Shown piece by piece: positions 28,575-36,904 of a stretch of 64,000 nt of DNA. The first letter of the stretch is position 1; each line of letters opens with the position of its first letter. A model generated the notes under the pieces. It saw only the letters and a program-made list of their open reading frames with translations. It was not told the origin of the DNA and did not search any database. Source of the DNA: an uncultured Ruficoccus sp. (GTDB taxonomy: Bacteria > Verrucomicrobiota > Verrucomicrobiia > Opitutales > Cerasicoccaceae); assembly GCA_965140785.1 (NCBI GenBank), contig OZ223481.1, positions 1 to 64,000 of the forward strand, read 5' to 3'. The translations under genes and the position numbers were made by a program.

Positions 28575-30938
28575 TCAGGATTTATCCTCTTCGCCGGTCT
28601 CAGCCGGGCTGGGGATGGCCGGAGGTTGCTGGCCTTTGTCCTTCTTCTTGCCCTTAGTCTCGACCATCACGTCCTCACCGTCATCGGTGTGGTAATAGTC
28701 CTGATAGGCCTTGTCGTAGTAGTTGGCGTAGTAGTAGCTCGCCACGGCCACGCTGATCTGGTTAAGCACCGCGCCGAAGACCGGCGTGCTCGACTCGATG
28801 ATCCGCCGCAGGTTGGCCTTGGCCGTGCGGCGCTTGACCGCGTTGAACTTGATGACGTAAATGACGCCGTCGGCATGCGGAAGAATCGTGAGCACGTCAC
28901 TGACCGCGCCAATAGGCGGCGAGTCGATGATGATGCGGTCGTACTGCGAACGCAGTTCGTGGAGCATCTCCTCGTAGCGGGGACTGTTCAGAATCTGGGT
29001 GGGATTCTTCGCCTTACCTCCGGCCATGAGCACATCCAGATTCGGATAAAGCTCTTTCACGGTGGCTTCTTCGAGCGAGCAGTCCTCGTTAAAGTAATGA
29101 ATCAGGCCCTTGTGCTCGGTCTCAATTTCCAGGGACTTGCCCACATTCGGCATGCGCAAGTCACCGTCGACGATGAGCGTCTTCTCGCCGTGGATGGCAA
29201 ACGTCAGGGCCAGGTTCGTCGTCACGAACGACTTACCTTCACTGGGAGAGGTACTGGTCGAAATGATGACTTTGGCATTGCGGCTGGCCTCGTTGATTTT
29301 GAGAGCCGAGTGGATCGCCCGGAAGGACTCCGTCACGCGACGGTCGACATTGGCGGCCACCGCACGGGCTTTTTCCAGCGAATTGAGGCGCTTGATCCGG
29401 GGGACAATCCCGATCAGGGGCAGCCCCACGGAGGTCTCCACGTCAAAGGCGGATTTGATGCGGTCGTCAAGGAAAGCGATGACGAAGACAAAGCCCAATC
29501 CGAGGAAAACGCCGCCAAATGCTCCCAGCAGGAGGTTCATGACGACATTCGGCTTGGCTGGCTCCGGAGTGGGCAAAGCCTTTTCGATCACGCGCGCATT
29601 GGGCAGGATCAGGGGAATGTTGTTTTTCTCCTGCTCCAGCCGGAAAATGATGTTGGACAACACACCCACATTGACCTCCAGGTCTTGCTCAAGCGATTGA
29701 TAGCCAACGGCCAGACGCTGCAGTTCCTTGATATCGGTCTCCTTTTCGGCCAGTCGTTTCTGAGCCTGCTCGTAGGCGTTCTTGCCTTCGAGGTATTCGA
29801 CCCGAGTCTCCTGAACCGCGGATTGGACGGCGGTTTCCAATTCCTGCTTGGTCTGCTCGTGCCCACGAACCGCCTGCTCCAAGGCGGGCCATTTCGGGCC
29901 GTAGCGCTTGCGCATGGAGGAAAGCTCGACCTCCTGGGTACTGAGCTGGGACAGCAAGTTACTGATCCGCGGACGCTGAGAAATGAAGGGCAGGTCCCAG
30001 AGCTGCTTGCCCTCAGCCACATACTCCTGAACCAATTGCCAACGGCTTTCACGGGTATCCAGTTCGGCCTTGGCCTCGGTCACCAACTGGTTGAGTTGGA
30101 ACATTTCCTGAGACTCGATATTTTCATCGGGTTCGAGGGAGGTACGGTTGGCCTTTTCGCGGTATTCAACCAGCTTTTCACGGATCGCATCCACCTCGGC
30201 ACGCTGTTGATCGGCCCGGATACGCAGGTCTTCCACCGCGCTCATGGACGCCTCGACGTTCAAACGCACATTGTAGGTGATGAACTCGTCCGCGTAGTAA
30301 TTGGCGGCCATGGCGGCCATTTCGGGGTCAGGATGATAAAAGCCGATGCGGATCAGCATGGTCGAGCGGATAGCATCTACCCGCTTGTTTTTGTAAAGAA
30401 GCTCGACCAGTGTAGGTTCGCGGGAGGTAAAGCGAATCTCATCCAGGAACGGTGCCATGAAGCGCTCACGGTCTTCGTCCTTGAAGCGATTGGCCACCGA
30501 CTCGGCCATGGCAATCGTATTGAGGATACCGACCTGAGTCATGAAATCCTCGCTGCTGAGAATACGATTTTCTTCGATATCCTGATTACCCAGAATATTG
30601 GGATCGTCCCGCAGTACCTGGACCTGAGCCTGGGAGTAGTAAATATCGGTGGTGTTGAGGGTGTACAGCAACGTACCAACAAAAACGATGAAGAAGGTTA
30701 CCAGAAAATGCCAAATGCGCTCCCGCAGGATCATCAGGTAGTCTTTGACACCGCGCTGGGGCGTACTCTGTTGGCCACCGCCGCCATAATTGGCGCCACC
30801 ATAATTGTAGCCGTAGTAATAGCCGCCGTAATTACCGCCGCCATAGTTCGAATAGCCGGGGTAACCGCCGTAACCTCCATAGCCGCCACTGCCATAGCCG
30901 CCATAACCGCCGCCCGATTGTTTATTGTCGTCGCTCAT
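28575..30938 (-). CDS. wzc: Polysaccharide co-polymerase / BY tyrosine autokinase (Wzc/GumC)
   Basis: Two TM helices flanking a coiled-coil periplasmic region; Walker A STSPSEGKS, LIVDGDLRMP, IIIDSPP; C-terminal Tyr cluster SYYYANYYDKAYQDYY. Confidence 0.93.
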   Translation of the reverse strand: MSDDNKQSGGGYGGYGSGGYGGYGGYPGYSNYGGGNYGGYYYGYNYGGANYGGGGQQSTPQRGVKDYLMILRERIWHFLVTFFIVFVGTLLYTLNTTDIYYSQAQVQVLRDDPNILGNQDIEENRILSSEDFMTQVGILNTIAMAESVANRFKDEDRERFMAPFLDEIRFTSREPTLVELLYKNKRVDAIRSTMLIRIGFYHPDPEMAAMAANYYADEFITYNVRLNVEASMSAVEDLRIRADQQRAEVDAIREKLVEYREKANRTSLEPDENIESQEMFQLNQLVTEAKAELDTRESRWQLVQEYVAEGKQLWDLPFISQRPRISNLLSQLSTQEVELSSMRKRYGPKWPALEQAVRGHEQTKQELETAVQSAVQETRVEYLEGKNAYEQAQKRLAEKETDIKELQRLAVGYQSLEQDLEVNVGVLSNIIFRLEQEKNNIPLILPNARVIEKALPTPEPAKPNVVMNLLLGAFGGVFLGLGFVFVIAFLDDRIKSAFDVETSVGLPLIGIVPRIKRLNSLEKARAVAANVDRRVTESFRAIHSALKINEASRNAKVIISTSTSPSEGKSFVTTNLALTFAIHGEKTLIVDGDLRMPNVGKSLEIETEHKGLIHYFNEDCSLEEATVKELYPNLDVLMAGGKAKNPTQILNSPRYEEMLHELRSQYDRIIIDSPPIGAVSDVLTILPHADGVIYVIKFNAVKRRTAKANLRRIIESSTPVFGAVLNQISVAVASYYYANYYDKAYQDYYHTDDGEDVMVETKGKKKDKGQQPPAIPSPAETGEEDKS

Positions 30939-30960
30939 GCTCCGGAGAAGTTACTTGGTT

Positions 30961-31656
30961 TTAAATGATACGTTCGTCAACGATGACGTGATCGCCGTTT
31001 TGCAACTTAATATCGGAGACCTCGGGACTTTCCAGAATATCGTCGAAGTCCACGGTAATCACTTCCGTTTTCCCGCTTTCTTTCATTCGGCGAATCTTAA
31101 TGTTGCCCTTCCGCGCCAGGCGGGTCAGCCCCCCCGCGCTATTAATGGCCTCGCTCAAGGTCAACTCGCGCTCCGGCGGAATGGGAACCGGGCCGGGTTT
31201 ATTCACCATACCATGGACATAAATGTAACGCTCGGTGTATTGCAGCACCAGAATCGTGACGTGGGGGTTGATCAGGTAGTCGCCTTTGTAAGCTCTGGTG
31301 ACCATTTTTTGGGCATCATCAACGGTCATTCCGCCGATATTGACGTCCCCGATCAGGGGCAGAGAAACCGTTCCGTCAGCGGACAGCCGGGTCTGCACCT
31401 GAAGCTCCGGTTCCTGAAAAACGTTCACCTCAATGACATCCATCGGCTGGAGGACATAGTTACCAGCGACCACACCCGACATCATTGCCGGACTGCTGGG
31501 GCCCGTATTTACGGTGTTGTTCGTCGTCGAAGAAGAAGCTCCTCCACCCGTGTCAGCCCCGGAAGTGCTGGGCCCGTAACCATCTTGAGCCGATACGGTT
31601 GGGACACTTAGACACACCAGAGAGAGCAGCAGGATGATGCGCAAGGGAGAGTTCAT
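30961..31656 (-). CDS. wza: Polysaccharide export protein (Wza/OPX, Poly_export + SLBB, short form)
   Basis: YVLQPMDVIEVNVFQEPEL…DGTVSLPLIG…GMVNKPG…LQNGDHVIV. Confidence 0.9.
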   Translation of the reverse strand: MNSPLRIILLLSLVCLSVPTVSAQDGYGPSTSGADTGGGASSSTTNNTVNTGPSSPAMMSGVVAGNYVLQPMDVIEVNVFQEPELQVQTRLSADGTVSLPLIGDVNIGGMTVDDAQKMVTRAYKGDYLINPHVTILVLQYTERYIYVHGMVNKPGPVPIPPERELTLSEAINSAGGLTRLARKGNIKIRRMKESGKTEVITVDFDDILESPEVSDIKLQNGDHVIVDERII

Positions 31657-31682
31657 GGTAGAATCAAGGGTTTAGAAGACAA

Positions 31683-31715
31683 TTGCGGGAAGGAACCCTT
31701 AGGACCTTCCCGCAA
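31683..31715. terminator. Intra-operon hairpin (terminator, attenuator or mRNA stabiliser)
   Basis: Perfect 11-bp stem ttgcgggaagg/ccttcccgcaa between the barrel gene and wza. Confidence 0.55.
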
Positions 31716-31741
31716 CAGAAATGTTCAGTCTGGCAGACTAA

Positions 31742-32959
31742 TTAATAGCGAATGACTGCCTGTAAATTGACGATATTGTTGTCATAGGAAAGGCCGCTGA
31801 CATTGGAATCGTTCTTAAAGTAGGAGTAGCCCAGGCTCAGACTGACGATCGGATCGGGCGTCCAGACAACCGACACCCCGGCAATGTAGGTGTTGTCTTC
31901 GCGACCGGTGTTCACACCAGTCGCGCCGCCCTGCGTCTGGTACTGGGTATTGTAGTAATCGAAGTCCGCCTGAGCCGAAACGTAGGGGGTGATTGCGTAA
32001 TTGGCACCGACACCGACGCCAATTTCGTCGATCGAGGTACCCTGGCCGCCGATGCCGAAGTCCTTGTTGACGTCAAGCATCAGCGTCAGCTTCTCGGAGT
32101 AGGCGTAGGTAAAGCCGGAGGCAAGGGCGAAGCGGCCATCATTGCTAATGCCGCTGCCATCACGGATCTGGTAACCGATATTCACATTGGCGTCCAGCTT
32201 GGGCAGCACTTCGCCGGTGATCGCAAGATTCATGAAATAGTCGTTATAATAACGCGCCTGCTGAGGGCTCAGCGACGGCGACGGCGTCGCTTCCGTGTTG
32301 GTGTAGCGGTAGCGGAAGCCCGGACCGATGCTCCACTTCGGCGTCACGCGATAGAAGAGATCCACCGGAATGGAATAGGTGTCGTAGCTGGAGTAGATAT
32401 TCCCGAAGGTGGCGTTGTTGGTGTAGTCAACCCGGTTCCAGTTGAATCCGCCCGCCATCCAATACTTCTGGCTGAAATTGTACTTGCTATTTATGTGGGC
32501 GTTGTAGAGGTCGCGCTTGATCAGGTTGGAACGAGCGGCCAAGCTGCCAGCCACGAGAGCACTGAGCGTATTCTGCTGCGTCTGGACGTAGGAGAAGCCG
32601 GCTTCAGCCGAAATCGGGCCATTGGCGTAGGTGCCGTCCACGAACAGGTTCGCCCGCTGCGTGTTCAGGTCATCGAACCGGTTGTAAAAGTAGAAATCTT
32701 CGCGGAAGGTCACCCGCAGACTGGCCATGCTGTTGCGGCCAACATCCAGCTCCACACCAGGCCCCACAATGAAAAGGAAATCATCCTCGGCATTGGGTTG
32801 ATTGAAGACGTTAGTCTGGTAACGACCGCCAACAAGGCCATTAAAGAAGACGTCAACGGTATCCGCAACGGTGACGAGTGGGGCCGCTTGTGCCGAAGTA
32901 CCACCAGCAAGGAGGGCGGCAACTCCGATAAGAACAGAGAAAGAAGATGATTTTTTCAT
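31742..32959 (-). CDS. Outer-membrane beta-barrel protein of an EPS export locus (EpsL/VpsM/BBP2-like)
   Basis: Signal peptide, amphipathic beta-strands, C-terminal aromatic residue (…QAVIRY); upstream of wza. Confidence 0.8.
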   Translation of the reverse strand: MKKSSSFSVLIGVAALLAGGTSAQAAPLVTVADTVDVFFNGLVGGRYQTNVFNQPNAEDDFLFIVGPGVELDVGRNSMASLRVTFREDFYFYNRFDDLNTQRANLFVDGTYANGPISAEAGFSYVQTQQNTLSALVAGSLAARSNLIKRDLYNAHINSKYNFSQKYWMAGGFNWNRVDYTNNATFGNIYSSYDTYSIPVDLFYRVTPKWSIGPGFRYRYTNTEATPSPSLSPQQARYYNDYFMNLAITGEVLPKLDANVNIGYQIRDGSGISNDGRFALASGFTYAYSEKLTLMLDVNKDFGIGGQGTSIDEIGVGVGANYAITPYVSAQADFDYYNTQYQTQGGATGVNTGREDNTYIAGVSVVWTPDPIVSLSLGYSYFKNDSNVSGLSYDNNIVNLQAVIRY

Positions 32960-33268
32960 AGACGGTTTGCAGCAGACAGATGATTTAGGTTGTGGTGGCT
33001 AGTGTACCCGTCAGGTTGTAGAAAACCTTGTAACAAAGCAAGACTAACTCTGGTAAAACATTAATTCAGAATCTTCCCCGATTTGCCACACTCCGTTTAG
33101 TGAGTCAAGCGAGTTCTACCCCCGAACGCCAGCTAAAAAAACCCTAATCAGACCAAGGATTAACAAAATCCGCATTGATTTTCATGAAACGTTACTAAAG
33201 ATGACCTGTCCTCACTTGCACCTGCGGACAAACTTTCCGTTTTAATTCCTCCCCCTGCTCATCTCGCC

Positions 33269-34915
33269 ATGGCCAAAAAATCTTCCAAACCTGTTCCCAA
33301 GAGCAGTCGTAAATCTATCCTGCTCGGCTTCGCCGCCCGGCAGCGCGGCCCCAGCGGTAAGTGGCGCATCATTTTTTTATGGAAGCGGATATTCAGCACC
33401 CTGGCGCTACTGGTGATCCTGGGCTATCTGGCAGGTGCCACGGGCATCTTTTTCTATTTCAAAGAGCGCAAAGGCTATAAAGAAGTTTCGTACCTTCAGG
33501 TGATGACCCTGCCCTTCAATATGGAGGACTTTCAGCGGCAGCGCGGGGACTATGAGATCGAACAGGCCAAAAAGTACCTCAAGGAGAACGAGATTCGCCA
33601 AGCCTACTTCTATCTGCGCTCCGGAGTGGCCCACAACCCCGCCAACCTCGAAGGACGGACGCTGCTGTCCGAGTTCGCCCTGCTGGCGCAGCGGGACCCC
33701 GAGCGGGCCATCGCTCTCATGCGCGGCGGCATCCCCAACGCTGGCAACGACAAAGACTACCTCAAGCGCTACATCCAGCTGCTGCTGCGCTACCAGCAGG
33801 ACCAGGAAGTCATGGACGTGGCCGAAACGATTTTGAATAAAAACCCGGATCCCGAGATCGAGCAGTTGCTGGCGCTGGCGGCAGCCACCGCTCACTACTA
33901 CCGGGGAGATTTCGATCAGGCCGAGGACTATGTCCGCGAATACGACCTCGATACTGACTTAGAGGGCACGTTGCTCTCGGCCCGGATCAGTTGGGACCGG
34001 GGCCAGCAGCAGGCCGCCATCTCCAAGCTGGAGAGCTCAATCGGCAAATATCCCAACGACGAGCCCGTCTATGCGCTGCTCAGCCGCTTCTATCGCGACA
34101 TGGGCAAGCACGCCAAGGCCCGCCAGTACGCCGTCCTGCGCAACATTAATGCCCCCCTGAGTGTCGCCCCCCGCATCGACCTGCTGTACAGCCTCGATAA
34201 CACCGGCCAGACTGAGCGCGCCGACCAGGAAGCCGAATCCATCCTGCACCAGTTCGGCCAGGACGAAAAGGCCCTGATCGCTCTGGCCAACTACGCCACC
34301 GACTCGGGCCGGGTGAGCTTGGCCCGCCGCATTTACGAGGTGGCGCTGGAAAACGACTTCAACATCGCCCCCTTCGCCCTCTTGCTGGTCGAAGCCCACA
34401 TCACCAGCGGCGATTACCAGGGCGCCATCGACTTCACTGAGGAGCTGGCCAAGGAAAAGCCCGAGTGGATGGAGCGCAACCTGGGCGTGTTCAACAGCCT
34501 GCGCTCGGTCGCCTACCATGGCATCGGCAACAAGGACTACAGCGACATTTATCTGGATCAGTTCCTCAAACAGGGCAACGTACGGGTGGACACGCTGATT
34601 GCCGTCTCCCGGCGTTTCATCGACCTGGGCGGCAAGGAGCAGGCCCGCAAGATCTTGATGAAGGCGATCGAGGACAACGCCGACAACCAGGCCGCCCTCT
34701 CACGCCTGATCGAGCTGGAAATCGACATGGGCAACTCGTCCCAGCTGGGCGGTCACCTCAAGAAACTGCTGCATATGCGACGCCCCTCGGCCGAACTGCT
34801 GATGAAGGCCTACCGCAGCCTCGGCAGTGACCGCTTCATCTTCACCCAGGACCGGGAAACTCTGCTCATCGAGCTCGACACGATCATCCACCCCGAGAAG
34901 CAACAGCCCAGCTGA
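33269..34915 (+). CDS. Membrane-anchored TPR protein
   Basis: Basic N-terminus, one TM (TLALLVILGYLAGATGIFFYF), then TPR-like helices; divergent from the EPS export genes. Confidence 0.8.
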   Translation: MAKKSSKPVPKSSRKSILLGFAARQRGPSGKWRIIFLWKRIFSTLALLVILGYLAGATGIFFYFKERKGYKEVSYLQVMTLPFNMEDFQRQRGDYEIEQAKKYLKENEIRQAYFYLRSGVAHNPANLEGRTLLSEFALLAQRDPERAIALMRGGIPNAGNDKDYLKRYIQLLLRYQQDQEVMDVAETILNKNPDPEIEQLLALAAATAHYYRGDFDQAEDYVREYDLDTDLEGTLLSARISWDRGQQQAAISKLESSIGKYPNDEPVYALLSRFYRDMGKHAKARQYAVLRNINAPLSVAPRIDLLYSLDNTGQTERADQEAESILHQFGQDEKALIALANYATDSGRVSLARRIYEVALENDFNIAPFALLLVEAHITSGDYQGAIDFTEELAKEKPEWMERNLGVFNSLRSVAYHGIGNKDYSDIYLDQFLKQGNVRVDTLIAVSRRFIDLGGKEQARKILMKAIEDNADNQAALSRLIELEIDMGNSSQLGGHLKKLLHMRRPSAELLMKAYRSLGSDRFIFTQDRETLLIELDTIIHPEKQQPS

Positions 34916-34947
34916 ATCGACGGTACTCGAAAGCCTTTTTTATTTTT

Positions 34948-35017
34948 ACCACAGAGACACTAAGGACACAGAGGGTAAAAAAGGAAATCTCTATGCTTTT
35001 GTGCCTCGTTGAGGCTA
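34948..35017. repeat. REP-like element, family A
   Basis: Inverted copy of 261-332. Confidence 0.7.
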
Positions 35018-35055
35018 ATGTCGCGAGTGGTAAGTTTTCGGCATAATTGGGTGGT

Positions 35056-35147
35056 CCAGTTTTGATGCCTTGGGTCTGCGATTGGCGAGGGCAGCGATAA
35101 GCTGCCCTCGCCAATCGCACTTCCGACGCTACCCGCATCGCATCTGG
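35056..35147. repeat. Hairpin element, family C (outer ccagttttgatgc IR, inner perfect 19-bp stem)
   Basis: 35077-35095 is the exact reverse complement of 35101-35119. The ccagttttgatgc flank is shared with 41949. Confidence 0.7.
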
Positions 35148-35304
35148 CATGGCTGGAAAGGTAATGCAAGATCAGGGGACTTCGATTAACCGTAAAATAT
35201 TACTATTGCTCATATAATAAATGCCATATAACATATATAATGTAACTAATATGTACACTGTAAGTGGACAGAGAGCAGTGCCTGGATACTGAACAGGGTT
35301 TCCC

Positions 35305-35330
35305 GGCAGCCCCTTTAAGCTGCCTTTTTT
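35305..35330 (+). terminator. Terminator-like hairpin in the leader of the chaperone gene
   Basis: ggcagc-ccctttaa-gctgcc followed by T6, 22 nt before ATG 35353. Confidence 0.55.
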
Positions 35331-35352
35331 AAACATCCTGCGGAAAAGGAAA

Positions 35353-35826
35353 ATGATGAGAAATACATCGCCGTCCAGCCGTGGAATACTCGCCATCGCC
35401 AGGTGCCTGGGGCTCGAGACCATTCCCCTCGATGAAGAAGGAATCGGGCATATTCAAGTTGAAGACCACCCGGACATTGCCATTGGCCACCGCACCGATG
35501 AAGGCGTGATCGCGTTGAGCGCGACCCTGGCCGCCCCCATCCCTGACAACATCGCGGACGATACCATGCGGCTCATGCTCACCGAAAACGCCGACTGTGT
35601 CGAACTCGGCCCAACGATTGCAATTTCAGAAGAGGAGAATGCCATCATCCTGTTCCAACTCATTCCAACGCAAAACAAAGAAGATGACGCCGTCGGCGAA
35701 ATATTCACCAACTTCCTGAGTATAGCGGGAGTCTGGAGCCGATTCTTTTCCGGCAGAGAAGATTTTAGCACGATACCAACGACCGCCGAAACCCCGCTTG
35801 CGATCAACCGCAATAAACTGGTTTAA
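35353..35826 (+). CDS. CesT/Tir-family (class I) type III secretion chaperone
   Basis: Small acidic protein with the class I pattern: LGLETIPLDEEGIGHIQVE, IALSATLA, MRLMLTEN, TIAISEEENAIILFQLIP, FTNFLSIAGVW. Confidence 0.8.
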   Translation: MMRNTSPSSRGILAIARCLGLETIPLDEEGIGHIQVEDHPDIAIGHRTDEGVIALSATLAAPIPDNIADDTMRLMLTENADCVELGPTIAISEEENAIILFQLIPTQNKEDDAVGEIFTNFLSIAGVWSRFFSGREDFSTIPTTAETPLAINRNKLV

Positions 35827-35838
35827 ACCTTTAATGGC

Positions 35839-36711
35839 ATGTCAGATATAGTTTTTAACAGCTTGGGCCATGCCCTTAAAAGCAATGATCTGGAGGATGC
35901 CGTAAACAACAGTCTCAACGCCAACCAAGCGTACAGGGGGCGAGTCAAGATACAGGGCCGAATTTATGAGGTTAAAGCCAGTATAAATGATAATGGAATA
36001 ACGTGTAGCGTAAAACGGAACGCCGGACTCATACGTCGCTTTTTCAGCGCACTTTTTCGCAGATGCTTTTTTTCACGCCAACCTCGTGCTCAATTACTAC
36101 AGTCAAAATTAACTGACATAGTGAATAAGCATCTCAAAAAGCATCATCGACAAGACCTTGATAAAGAATCACTTGAAAACAAAAGCGACACCTATACGGA
36201 GTCTTTAAATAAAGACACATATGCCCAGGACACCTTTAAGCCCGAAAACATTCCCGACAGTGCAAGAACTTACATCAATAGTTTCGAAAATGGGGAGATA
36301 AAAAAAAGGGTCGAGAAGGACTTAAATAAAATATTAGGAGATAATATGATATGCGAAATTGAAGGCATCCCCCAGCAAACCGTTTATAATGATAAAAACA
36401 GTCATGGCATTGCCCCGCTAGGCATCCTAAAGAATATCGTCTCAGGCGTAACAGTAGAGCACCTGGATAACAGGGAACTGTCAGTAAAGCTTTATTCATC
36501 CGGATTCGGACGCGGAGTGCTAGCACGTGATAAAAAAGGCGTTAGGCCGCTCAGTGACCCAGATAATCCAGAGGCTTTCAAGGCAGAGACGGAGATAGAG
36601 TTTCGCTATACCCCGCCAGCGAACGATGAAGCAGCTCATGGAAAAATAACATTCACGAAGGTAGATTGGAACATCGAGATAAAGTCCAATAAGTTGGCGA
36701 TATTGGCTTAA
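35839..36711 (+). CDS. Hypothetical AT-rich protein, candidate type III effector
   Basis: 12 nt downstream of the chaperone; no signal peptide; S/N-rich N-terminus; codon usage unlike the host. Function is inferred from context. Confidence 0.6.
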   Translation: MSDIVFNSLGHALKSNDLEDAVNNSLNANQAYRGRVKIQGRIYEVKASINDNGITCSVKRNAGLIRRFFSALFRRCFFSRQPRAQLLQSKLTDIVNKHLKKHHRQDLDKESLENKSDTYTESLNKDTYAQDTFKPENIPDSARTYINSFENGEIKKRVEKDLNKILGDNMICEIEGIPQQTVYNDKNSHGIAPLGILKNIVSGVTVEHLDNRELSVKLYSSGFGRGVLARDKKGVRPLSDPDNPEAFKAETEIEFRYTPPANDEAAHGKITFTKVDWNIEIKSNKLAILA

Positions 36712-36904
36712 GGGACCCTGGTACGTGGGTGCTGGTTGTATTGCTCTGGCGCAAGGAGAGCGTAGCCCGACTAGAGCTGAGCAATGGGTCCAGAAGCCGT
36801 TGGCCCCTTGAAAAGAACGCCGTTAAGCAGCCAGTGCTGCAGATGGGGCTGAGCTTGAGGTGCGCGGGCCGATATCCTTTTCCCAGGCAGCGAGAAAGGC
36901 GGGA

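Noticed and set aside
28413..30968. 851-aa plus-strand ORF
   Set aside because: Antisense shadow of wzc. It has no motifs, and such ORFs are typical of GC-rich codon bias.
35265..35300. Glycine riboswitch (ggacagagag leader)
   Set aside because: No GGAGA…CCGAAG…CUCUCAGG aptamer core follows.
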